From: Promethearchaeota archaeon
GTDB lineage: Archaea; Asgardarchaeota; Lokiarchaeia; Sigyniarchaeales; SOKP01
Reading direction: 5' to 3'
NCBI GenBank assembly: GCA_030606485.1
Contig: JAUWGH010000007.1
Coordinates: 1-32,000 of the forward strand
Length of the DNA stretch: 32,000 bases
Positions 9,565-18,151 of this stretch are shown piece by piece. The notes under the pieces were generated by a model that did no database searches, was not told the origin of the DNA, and saw only the letters and a program-made list of their open reading frames with translations. The translations under genes and the position numbers were made by a program. Every line of letters begins with the position of its first letter. The stretch's first letter is position 1.

Positions 9565-9740
9565 ATTTTTCAAATTATAATTATAATCCTATGATATTAT
9601 ATAGAAAATAATTTTTTCATTAAAATATTAATATTATGATAATTTTTGATTTGTTTTTTTTATTTTAAGAAAAAACCTCATAAATAAATTTTAATTTCAT
9701 TATTAATATTTTTCTATAAATTAATTAAAAAAAATTTTTT

Positions 9741-9834
9741 GCTCTCGTAGTGTAGCTCGGCCAAACTTTAAAACTGAGGCTAAGCATGCTAGGCTTTCAC
9801 CCTGGTGACCCGGGTTCGAATCCCGGCGAGAGCA
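9741..9834 (+). tRNA. tRNA-Glu(UUC) with a 19-nt D-loop intron (9765-9783)
   Basis: GCTCTCG/CGAGAGC acceptor stem, CTAGG CT TTC AC CCTGG anticodon arm, TTCGAAT T-loop. Relaxed BHB: GGCC/GGCT helix, bulges AA|A and AA|G. Confidence 0.95.
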
Positions 9835-10027
9835 TAAAAATATTATTCTTTAATCCTTATTATTTAAAAAAATCGAAAATTATTGCAGCTTTTGGTTACT
9901 TACAAATGTTAGTGATATAATTTTGATTTTATCAAAGAACAATGAAGATTCTTTATTTAAAGTTATAATTAAATTTAAAAATTATTTTCTATCATTGAAT
10001 TTTATAACCAAATCTCTCTCTCTTTTT

Positions 10028-10919
10028 GGGTGGATGCAAAATTCAGTGATGATTGGAATTTTAACTTAAACTTTAGATAAAAATTTAATAAATTCCTTAA
10101 ATTCATTACAGTATGAGTAAAAACAACATTAAAGAACATTGGAATTTAATAGCATTAGAATATCAGAAGAAAAGAAAGTTATCATTTGATGATATTGAAT
10201 ACGCTCCAGGTTATGCAAGGGAGTCTGAACTTAATCTGCTTGGGGATGTTGAAGAAAAAAGAATTGTAGAATTAGGATGTGGAGCCGCTGAAAACTCTAT
10301 TACTTTAGCAAAGAAAGGAGGTATTTGTACAGGAGTTGATATATCTTTAGAACAATTGAAATATGCTAAAAATTTAATAATAGAAAATAAAGTTAAAATT
10401 GAGTTAATAGAAGGTGATATAGAGAATTTAATAATGATCGATGATGATATATTTGATATAGCAATATCTACTTTCGCATTAGATTGGATGCAAGATTTGA
10501 ATGCGGCATTTAAGGAAGCTTATAGAATTTTAAAACCGAATGGTATTTTCGTGTTTAGTATGCAACACCCGATTTACAACCTTCTTGGTGCAGAGGATCT
10601 TGATCTTAAGGAGCTTAAAATATCGGTAAGCTATTTTGAAAAAGAAGTGACATTTGTAGAGTCTACAGGAATAGATCTTAGAGTTCACGCATCAAAAATT
10701 AGTGATATCATCAATGGATTAATCAGGATTGGCTTCAATATAGAAAACATACTTGAGCCTAAACCATTGGAAAGAGATGTCATCCCTCACGAGGAATGGT
10801 ATCAAGAAATAATAGAAATGATTCCTTCAACCTTAATTTGTAAGGTATTAAAAGTTCCAAAATAGAGTAAAAAATAATTTCTTAATTGATATATCCATCA
10901 CTGAATTTTGTTACCACCC
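10028..10919. mobile_element. Non-autonomous 892-bp transposon-like cassette with a passenger methyltransferase
   Basis: TIRs GGGTGGATGCAAAATTCAGTGATG (10028-10051) and, reverse-complemented, GGGTGGTAACAAAATTCAGTGATG (10896-10919), 21/24 identical. Direct repeat CTCTTTTT at 10020-10027 and 10920-10927. No transposase inside. Confidence 0.85.
10113..10865 (+). CDS. Class I SAM-dependent methyltransferase
   Basis: IVELGCGAAEN (motif I), TGVDIS, IEGDIENL, FDIAISTFALDW, RILKPNGIFVFS. Confidence 0.93.
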   Translation: MSKNNIKEHWNLIALEYQKKRKLSFDDIEYAPGYARESELNLLGDVEEKRIVELGCGAAENSITLAKKGGICTGVDISLEQLKYAKNLIIENKVKIELIEGDIENLIMIDDDIFDIAISTFALDWMQDLNAAFKEAYRILKPNGIFVFSMQHPIYNLLGAEDLDLKELKISVSYFEKEVTFVESTGIDLRVHASKISDIINGLIRIGFNIENILEPKPLERDVIPHEEWYQEIIEMIPSTLICKVLKVPK

Positions 10920-11013
10920 CTCTTTTTTCATTTAAATAGTTTCAATTTATAATTTTTTTAATTCAAGTTATTCAATAAAATAAAATTTGTAAAAATTGAC
11001 ATATTGATGTAAA

Positions 11014-13482
11014 ATGAGTGAAATTAGCGGAAATATATTTAGAGATACTAAAAGTGATAAAAAATGTGAAAAGAAATCAGATACTTCGAAAGAAGTTAGT
11101 GATAACTATGTTTCATATGAGGAATTTATGAAAACCGTTAAAAAAACGAGAATTTTGCCGTATTCTTATAAAAAGTTTCCACATTTTGATGAAAGATCTC
11201 CAGAACAACTAATAGAAGATATAGAAGCAGGTAAAAAGAAAGTTAAGATTGAAACTGAGCAGACTTTTGATATACACTCTGGTGTTCTTAATGTAGATAA
11301 GGCTGAAGAAAGTAACAAACACGTTTCTTATGAGGATTTTTTAAGAAGGGTTAAAAAAACCACAATAACACCTCTCTCTACAGAGAGTTTGCCAAATTTT
11401 GAAATGAAACTACAAGAACAAATCATTATAGATGGTATTGGTGTTAAAAAGAAAGTTAAAGGCGATAATAAAAATCTATTAGTATTTAAATCTAAAAATG
11501 ATTCAGAAAAAATTGATAAGACCTCAGAAAAAGTAGAAAATAAAACAAAAAAAGAGCCTATTAAAAATAGTGATGTAAAAGTAAAAGAGGAAAAATCAAA
11601 AGTTGAAGAGGAGAAGAGAAAAGAGACTTCAAAATCTTCAGAAGAAATTTTGGAAGAAAAGAAAAAATCCAAAGATATTAACCGAGAACGAAAAGAACAA
11701 AAAAAAGTTAAGGAAAAGGAAAGTAAGAAAAGTGAAGAAATAAAGGAAAAAAAATCAAAAAATATAGATACAAAAAATAAGCGAGATATTTCAAGCGAAA
11801 AAAAGAAAATTAGTGAACCCAAGAAAGAGAAGGAGAAAGAGATTGAGAAAAAGAAAGTGACGAAGGAACATTTAGAAAAGCACAAAGAAATTAAAGATAT
11901 TACAAATAAAATTAATGATTTAGAAAAACGACGAAACAACAATAACAATTTAATTGATCATAGTAAAAAGAAATCACAAGAGGGAATTTTTAACGGAATT
12001 ATAACGCGTGAAGGATACGAAAAAAAATTCAGAGAATTAACAAAAGAAAACGCACAAATTGAGAAACAATTAAGAGAATTTAACGATAATTCTTCACACT
12101 CTGAAAGATTAAACAATGAAAAATTAAGAGTGAAAAAAGGAGAGGTATTAGAAAAGAAAATTACTGAGCTGAAACAAAAACAAAAAAACGAAGAATTGAA
12201 AGAACAAGAGCAAATTTCAAAGGAAAAGGCTAAAGAATTAAAAAACCTACTTTCTAACCAAGAGAAACAAGAGCAAAAAAAGCAAGAATTGAATGGAAGC
12301 GAAAACATATCAAATAAAGATAACTCGGATTTTAAAAAGGTAAAAAATAATGAAAAAATAGAGAATAAGATGACTTCGGAAACGATTGAAAAAAGGAGAG
12401 ATGTAAATATAAAGCAAGAGGAAAACAAGAAAGAAACCCTTACAGATAAGGTTTCAAATGAATTTTTAGAACCAAAGAAAGAATTTGAACAGTCTTATGG
12501 ATATATTTATAAAGCAACAAACACAGTAAATGGAAAAGTATATATTGGACAAACTACAAGAAAAAAATTGGAAAAAAGATGGAAAGAACACATAAAAGAG
12601 GCTAAAGATAAGAGTTATAGTTCTACACATTTGCAAAATAGTATTAGAAAATATGGGGAAAAGGCATTTTCTATTAAAAAAATTGATACTGCAAATAATC
12701 AAAAAGAATTAGATGGGAAAGAAAAGGATTGGATTAAGAAATATAATTCAATGAATCCCAAAAAAGGTTATAATATGAGAGATGGTGGAGAAGGCGGAAA
12801 ATTACGACCAGAAGTAAAAGAAAAAATAAAAAAATCTATGGAAGAGAAGTGGAAAGACCCAGAACATCAACGAAAAGTAAGTAAAGCAGTGAGTAAAGCA
12901 ATGAAAAAGAAGTGGAAACACCCAGAACATCGAGAAAAAGTAATCAACGGAGTGAGTAAAGGAATGAAAAAGAAGTGGAAAGATAAAAAATATCAAAAAG
13001 ATCAGAGAAAAGTAAGAGAATCTCCCGAATTTAAAGAAAAACATAGTATGTCAATGGTAAATAAGTGGAAAGATCCAGAACATCGAGAAAATGTGAGTAA
13101 AGGGGTGGAAAAGAGGTGGAAAGATAAAGAATATCAAAAAAAGCAGAAAAAAGTAAGAGAATCTCCCGAATTTAAAGAAAAGATGCGTAAAGCATCGAAA
13201 AAAAGGTGGAAAGATAAAGAAATATCTAATATGAAAGATTTTCTAACTGATATAAAAAATTTGATCCTAAAGAAGGATTTAGAAAAAAAATATAACATCA
13301 CTGGTCCAACAATAAATAGTAAAATAAAAGATATATTAGGTCCAAATGGCCCAAAAAATTATAGAGAAGCAAAACAATTTCTTAAAGATAGAGATATTGA
13401 TAACATTTTAAAGATTTTAAAAACAAAAAAAAATAAAAAGCAAAATAAAAAAAAGCGCCCCAGACATGGATCGAACATGTGA
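11014..13482 (+). CDS. Large GIY-YIG endonuclease-domain protein with K/E-rich N-terminus and helical C-terminal repeats
   Basis: YGYIYKATNTVNGKVYIGQTT...RWKEH...LQNSIRKYG...E...KGYNMRDGGEGG, followed by repeated KWKDPEHREK/KWKDKEYQ units reminiscent of NUMOD3-type DNA-binding repeats. Confidence 0.88.
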   Translation: MSEISGNIFRDTKSDKKCEKKSDTSKEVSDNYVSYEEFMKTVKKTRILPYSYKKFPHFDERSPEQLIEDIEAGKKKVKIETEQTFDIHSGVLNVDKAEESNKHVSYEDFLRRVKKTTITPLSTESLPNFEMKLQEQIIIDGIGVKKKVKGDNKNLLVFKSKNDSEKIDKTSEKVENKTKKEPIKNSDVKVKEEKSKVEEEKRKETSKSSEEILEEKKKSKDINRERKEQKKVKEKESKKSEEIKEKKSKNIDTKNKRDISSEKKKISEPKKEKEKEIEKKKVTKEHLEKHKEIKDITNKINDLEKRRNNNNNLIDHSKKKSQEGIFNGIITREGYEKKFRELTKENAQIEKQLREFNDNSSHSERLNNEKLRVKKGEVLEKKITELKQKQKNEELKEQEQISKEKAKELKNLLSNQEKQEQKKQELNGSENISNKDNSDFKKVKNNEKIENKMTSETIEKRRDVNIKQEENKKETLTDKVSNEFLEPKKEFEQSYGYIYKATNTVNGKVYIGQTTRKKLEKRWKEHIKEAKDKSYSSTHLQNSIRKYGEKAFSIKKIDTANNQKELDGKEKDWIKKYNSMNPKKGYNMRDGGEGGKLRPEVKEKIKKSMEEKWKDPEHQRKVSKAVSKAMKKKWKHPEHREKVINGVSKGMKKKWKDKKYQKDQRKVRESPEFKEKHSMSMVNKWKDPEHRENVSKGVEKRWKDKEYQKKQKKVRESPEFKEKMRKASKKRWKDKEISNMKDFLTDIKNLILKKDLEKKYNITGPTINSKIKDILGPNGPKNYREAKQFLKDRDIDNILKILKTKKNKKQNKKKRPRHGSNM
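12847..13220 (+). repeat. Coding tandem repeats in the GIY-YIG protein C-terminus
   Basis: Several copies of (A/G)GTGGAAAGA(T/C). The stretch AAAGTAAGAGAATCTCCCGAATTTAAAGAAAA (KVRESPEFKEK) is duplicated. Confidence 0.85.
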
Positions 13483-13578
13483 CCGCTCGGTGTCTTTACA
13501 ATCTATTTGATTGTTTAACAGCCGAGTGCTTTTAGCACACCATTTTTAACGGTGCCTACCAAACTGAGCTACTGAGGC
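13456..13578 (-). tRNA. tRNA-Asn(GUU) with two introns (13531-13555 at 22/23; 13492-13515 at 37/38)
   Basis: Spliced sequence GCCTCAG TA GCTC AGTTTGGTA GAGC A CTCGG CT GTT AA CCGAG CGGTC ACATG TTCGATC CATGT CTGGGGC G. Both inserts form hairpins with BHB-like junctions. A T-run follows the gene. Confidence 0.95.
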
Positions 13579-13695
13579 CTGTATGAAATTATTATTTTTA
13601 ATGATATCTTAAATACATCTTCAATTTTAAAATTTTATTTTTATACTTTAAAGCTTAATTTCCACGTCTAAATAGATGAATAGATAAGTCTTGAA

Positions 13696-14223
13696 TTATT
13701 TTTCAAGAGACGCATAGTAAATCAACCATTTTGCCATTGCTTGAAATGATTCATTAATATTTAATTCCATCTTTGAGGAAGTAAAAACAGATTGATTACA
13801 TTTGGCTTGTTCAGCGTATTTTTGAGCAGTTTCAATATCAATTTCATGATTAGGTAGATCCCATTTCATTCCTAATAAAATAATTGGAATAAAACCAGCG
13901 GTTTTTCTAATGATTGTTAACCATTCCGGTAGCTGCCTAAAAGTATCATAATCAGTGACATCAAAACAAATAAAAGCACCACTTGCTCCCTTACAATAAT
14001 CAGATAATAAACTTCTAAACCTTTCCTCTCCTGCAAAATCCCATAGCTGCATTTTGCATTGTTCACCTGTATCTAATTTCTCTTCTTTAGTATAAAATGC
14101 AGCCCCGATTGTCATCTTATGATCTTCTATAAATTTCCCAGTACAATATCTTGTAACCAGTGCTGTTTTTCCCACACCACCAGAACCAGCTACTATCACT
14201 TTAAATATCCATGAAATTGACAT
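13696..14223 (-). CDS. Rab-like small GTPase (Ras superfamily)
   Basis: GSGGVGKT (G1), MTIGAAF (G2), LWDFAGEERFRSL (G3), GMKWDL (G4 variant), TSSK (G5). No C-terminal Cys prenylation motif. Confidence 0.93.
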   Translation of the reverse strand: MSISWIFKVIVAGSGGVGKTALVTRYCTGKFIEDHKMTIGAAFYTKEEKLDTGEQCKMQLWDFAGEERFRSLLSDYCKGASGAFICFDVTDYDTFRQLPEWLTIIRKTAGFIPIILLGMKWDLPNHEIDIETAQKYAEQAKCNQSVFTSSKMELNINESFQAMAKWLIYYASLEK

Positions 14224-14402
14224 TTGATATCACTTTTATCAATTTTTTATATAAATTTAAAAAAATTCTACTTATTTTATTTTATTTATTTTTACTTGAC
14301 ATCATATAAATAGATCCTTAATTTGGAGTGAAAGATTTTTATAAGATTTAATTCTAATAATAATTATATTTTAAAAGTACTTTTTTAAAAAAAAGTAAGG
14401 TA

Positions 14403-14765
14403 GTGTATAGAACAATACCTAATGACCAAAATATCTGCCCAAAATGCTCTTTTCCTAAGGATTTATGTATTTGTGAATCGTTAGGTCAAGAGGAACAGCG
14501 TGTTGATATTTATACTGAAAGAAGGAAATGGGGTCGATGGGTTACTGTTGTTTCTTTTCTAGGAAATATTGATATAAATTTAAATGATTTCTCAAAAAAA
14601 GCAAAAAAGTTTTGTGCTTCCGGTGGAACAGTTAAAAACAAAACAATAGAACTCCAAGGTGATCATCGACTTAAAATAAAAAAATTTTTAATAGATAATG
14701 GTTTTCCAGAAGAAAATATAGAAATTCGGAATGTTGTCAAACAAAAATATAAAAAAAGAAGATGA
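14403..14765 (+). CDS. sui1: Translation initiation factor SUI1 (aIF1)
   Basis: N-terminal CxxC...CxC, ERRKWGRWVTVV, KKFCASGGTVKNKTIELQGDHR. GTG start. Confidence 0.95.
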   Translation: MYRTIPNDQNICPKCSFPKDLCICESLGQEEQRVDIYTERRKWGRWVTVVSFLGNIDINLNDFSKKAKKFCASGGTVKNKTIELQGDHRLKIKKFLIDNGFPEENIEIRNVVKQKYKKRR

Positions 14766-15201
14766 TAGAAAGTTTTATAAAGTTCTATTTAAAGGATTTT
14801 TAGATTCGGAGGAAAATATTTTAAATTTAACTTTTGAAGTGTTATCTTTAAAAGAACCAGTAAAGATTGAGCCAGCCTTTATCAATAAAATAAAAGAATT
14901 AACAATAAAGAGAGAAAACATTTTCTTTTTTCAAAATATTAAGGAAGTTCACCAATTGGGAAAAGACTTTCAATTTAATAATTGCCCTTATTATTATATT
15001 TTTCTCTATACATTGAAATCAAATAGTATGAGAAAGGGAATTTTAATAGGTAATGTAAAATCAATTGGAGATGTTATTATTGGAATTTGGCCAATTGAAT
15101 TCAATTTAAAAAAGAGTTTTGATTTAAAACAATTACTCTCTGAAATAAATCATATTATTAATAATCCAGATGATTTCATAAATATAACTTTGATTAATTA
15201 A
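14731..15201 (+). CDS. Hypothetical protein
   Basis: 156-aa ORF directly downstream of sui1; no motif recognised; start codon uncertain. Confidence 0.55.
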   Translation: MLSNKNIKKEDDRKFYKVLFKGFLDSEENILNLTFEVLSLKEPVKIEPAFINKIKELTIKRENIFFFQNIKEVHQLGKDFQFNNCPYYYIFLYTLKSNSMRKGILIGNVKSIGDVIIGIWPIEFNLKKSFDLKQLLSEINHIINNPDDFINITLIN

Positions 15202-15299
15202 ACATTAAGGAGTTAAGATTTAACGTAAAAAAGAATTAAGAAAATTACGGTAAGAAACATTTAGCACCTAGTAATGGCAAAAGAACATACTCTGGAAGA

Positions 15300-15914
15300 T
15301 TAAAAAATCAATAGAGAAATTCCAGGAGAAACTCCTAGAATAAAGAAAATTATTACACTTGTAATAATTATTTTTATTCCTTTATGTTTTCCATAAAAAC
15401 CTTGTCCTATAATTAACGTAGCCCCATAAATGAATAAAAAAAATCCTATCATTGAAATAATTCCAATCAATAATAATATTATTTGCTCTATTTGAGTCAA
15501 ATTAGACCATTCAGGAGTTAAAGGCATGACCATAGTATGCAGTTCCACTATGTCATTCATAGATATGATATTAAAAATTAACATCGGTGGCTCCAATCTA
15601 GATAAAAAATAGACAATTAGTAATAAAATATTAAAATAAAATCCTAAAGCAATTATTACACAAATTATTGCGCTTATTAATTTTATTGGGCGTTTTAAAT
15701 TCTTATAATTATCTTTTGCTTGAAAATAATCATTGTTTTCATTCCAATGTTTGTCTTTATTTAAAAACATCAAAATTCCAAAAATTAAAAAAATCGTCCC
15801 AACAATATATTTTACGTATGGTAAAAATGCAAGTATATTAGTAATTATCTCATCAAAATATTCATTAGGATTACCCATAAAACTTTTGAAAAAATCAAAT
15901 CCTTCAAAAATCAT
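15300..15914 (-). CDS. Hypothetical multi-pass membrane protein
   Basis: 204-aa ORF with about four hydrophobic helices. Confidence 0.7.
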   Translation of the reverse strand: MIFEGFDFFKSFMGNPNEYFDEIITNILAFLPYVKYIVGTIFLIFGILMFLNKDKHWNENNDYFQAKDNYKNLKRPIKLISAIICVIIALGFYFNILLLIVYFLSRLEPPMLIFNIISMNDIVELHTMVMPLTPEWSNLTQIEQIILLLIGIISMIGFFLFIYGATLIIGQGFYGKHKGIKIIITSVIIFFILGVSPGISLLIF

Positions 15915-16369
15915 TAATGTCTTTGTTTTATTTTGAAAAAGCTATTTAAAGCTCTTTTTTAAAAGTAATAATATTATCAGAAATTTTTTTTATAACATTT
16001 TTTCAATTATGGGATTATAATTTTCTATTAAAAATAGTAAAATATATCTTCTTTTTTTGCTTTCTTCTTTCTTTTTTTACTCTAGGTGAAGTAATATTCG
16101 CTGACTACAAACCCAACCCTTAACACAATATGGGAACTCTCAAATTTGCTCCTATGGCGTTTTACTAAAGCAAAAATGCTATATAGATAAAATAAAATGG
16201 GTCGTTTTTAATGGCTCCAAAACGTGGGTATTTGAGCTAAGACTTTTGATGAAAAAATTTGATGATATTTTAATAAATGAGAATAACCAAAAAAATTTAC
16301 CTTGGCGAAATTACTTGAAACTCGACTAGCATTAAATAATAGAGTGAAATTATGAACTTAATAAACGAG

Positions 16370-17047
16370 CTACTCAGAAAATGAATAATGTCCTAGCAAT
16401 GGTACGAAACGAACACTACATACCTTGTCGACCTTAAATTTATCTTCCTTTATTTTGGTATATAAGTACAAGTCTTGGGAGAAATTCTTTGATCCCGCAG
16501 GGATACACATAATTCCTCCGACTTTTAATTGATCTTTAAATGGTTGAGGTATAGGGAGTGATGAGGCGGCTGTTACAAGAATTCTATCATAGGGTGCTTC
16601 TTTTTCATATCCTAAGGTTCCATCAGAATGAATAACATCAATTTTCTTACCAAACCCTCCTTTTTCAATATTTTTTCTAGCATTATCAGCCAACTCTTTA
16701 ATTCTCTCAACTGTATAAACATGACCTGGGTTTTTTGAATGTTCAGGAGCAATAATATAAGCACATAATGCTGCATGATATCCAGAACCAGTTCCAATTT
16801 CAAGTAACTTGTTTCCTTCATTTAGATCCAAATATTCACACATCATAGCATTCATATGGGGGGCACTTATTGTTTGTCCATAACCAATTGTTAAAGGGGT
16901 ATCAATATAAGCCATTTTTTTTTTATCCTCTGGAAGAAATAACTCTCGAGGAACATTTAACATTGCGTTTATTACCGATTTTTTATTTAAATACCTTCCT
17001 TTTTTTAATCCTTCGATTAATTCATACCTTTTCTGAATAAAATCCAT
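16370..17047 (-). CDS. pcm: Protein-L-isoaspartate O-methyltransferase
   Basis: VPRELF, GQTISAPHM, LEIGTGSGYHAA, DGTLGYEKEAPYDRILVTAA, VRFVPL. Confidence 0.97.
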   Translation of the reverse strand: MDFIQKRYELIEGLKKGRYLNKKSVINAMLNVPRELFLPEDKKKMAYIDTPLTIGYGQTISAPHMNAMMCEYLDLNEGNKLLEIGTGSGYHAALCAYIIAPEHSKNPGHVYTVERIKELADNARKNIEKGGFGKKIDVIHSDGTLGYEKEAPYDRILVTAASSLPIPQPFKDQLKVGGIMCIPAGSKNFSQDLYLYTKIKEDKFKVDKVCSVRFVPLLGHYSFSE

Positions 17048-17066
17048 TTTTTTTTACCCCTTTTTT

Positions 17067-18017
17067 TTAAAATAAATTTTCATTCCTCTCTTCTAAAAAA
17101 ACCAAAATTTCATTATGTGTTGGCATACCTGTTCGAGCCCCAAGCTTACCAATTTTAATTCCCGCTGCTGCATTTGCATATTTACATGCTTTAACCAAAT
17201 CCCATCCCTTAATCCAATAGGCAACTGAAAATGCACCAATAAAAGTATCACCAGCACCAGTAGTATCTACTACTTTATCTATGTTATAGGATGAAATTAC
17301 TTTTTGAAAATTCTCTGTGGAAATTAATGCACCTTGACTCCCAAGAGTAATTATCACGAGAGGTATTCCTTTTTTTGTAAGAAAACTCGCAGCTTCCTTG
17401 GGGGAATTTGTTTTAGTTATTGACATTGCCCCTTCTTTATTAGGTAATAAAACATCTACATTTTGAATTATTTTTTTTAATTTATTCCATCCCCTCATAG
17501 CAATTTGTGATTCAAGATCAAGAGAAACCTTAACATTGTTTTTCTTTGCAATTTTGATTGTCTCCTCCGTCAAATCATGATGAATTGCTGTAGTATGTAA
17601 TAATTTTGAGGAAGCTATATAATCATTATCTAAATCCTTTATTGAGAGAGAATATTGCATATAAGGAGATTGAATTATTATTTTTTCTCCACTATTTGAC
17701 GCTACAATAATGAAATTAACTGGTGTTTTAAGATCTCCCCTTTTAAAAGTATATTTTGTATCTACACCTTCATTTTTAAGATCTTTAATTAAAAACTCAC
17801 CATTCTCATCTTGTCCTACAGCTCCAATAAATCCAGAAGATACTCCTAATCTTGTTGTAGCAACTAAAAAGTTTGCTGTTACTCCACCACCAAATATTTC
17901 TTGGTGAAAAGAATCAATTTTTTCATCTGGCTTAGGAAAATGAGGGATCTGAGCTACCCAATCTACTACAATTTCTCCTAATCCTAATATTTCTGGTGAA
18001 TTTGGCATATTATTCAA
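17067..18017 (-). CDS. PfkB/ribokinase-family carbohydrate kinase
   Basis: FGGGVTAN, GFIGAVGQD, LPNKEGA, ITLGSQGA, VVDTTGAGDTFIGAF. Confidence 0.95.
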   Translation of the reverse strand: MNNMPNSPEILGLGEIVVDWVAQIPHFPKPDEKIDSFHQEIFGGGVTANFLVATTRLGVSSGFIGAVGQDENGEFLIKDLKNEGVDTKYTFKRGDLKTPVNFIIVASNSGEKIIIQSPYMQYSLSIKDLDNDYIASSKLLHTTAIHHDLTEETIKIAKKNNVKVSLDLESQIAMRGWNKLKKIIQNVDVLLPNKEGAMSITKTNSPKEAASFLTKKGIPLVIITLGSQGALISTENFQKVISSYNIDKVVDTTGAGDTFIGAFSVAYWIKGWDLVKACKYANAAAGIKIGKLGARTGMPTHNEILVFLEERNENLF

Positions 18018-18151
18018 TTTAATGAACTATTGAATTACAATTAAATTGATTAGCTTAATTAGATTTTTATTTTAATCTAATTATGTTTTCATTTATATTA
18101 TTTGTGGAAAAAAAAAAATTCAAATAATGAATTAAAATATAAACTATTGAA

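Noticed and set aside
9358-9594. 78-aa ORF
   Set aside because: Antisense across tRNA-Leu; low complexity.
11328-13044. Long Phe/Ser-rich antisense ORFs (11328..11948, 11958..12428, 12466..12702, 12802..13044)
   Set aside because: Mirror frames of the K/E-rich GIY-YIG gene.
12847-13220. Repeats considered as a CRISPR array
   Set aside because: Degenerate, in-frame coding repeats with no unique spacers and no cas genes.
9835-13455. Integrase-type genomic island between tRNA-Glu and tRNA-Asn
   Set aside because: No integrase and no duplicated tRNA 3' end (att site) found; only the internal mini-transposon is supported.
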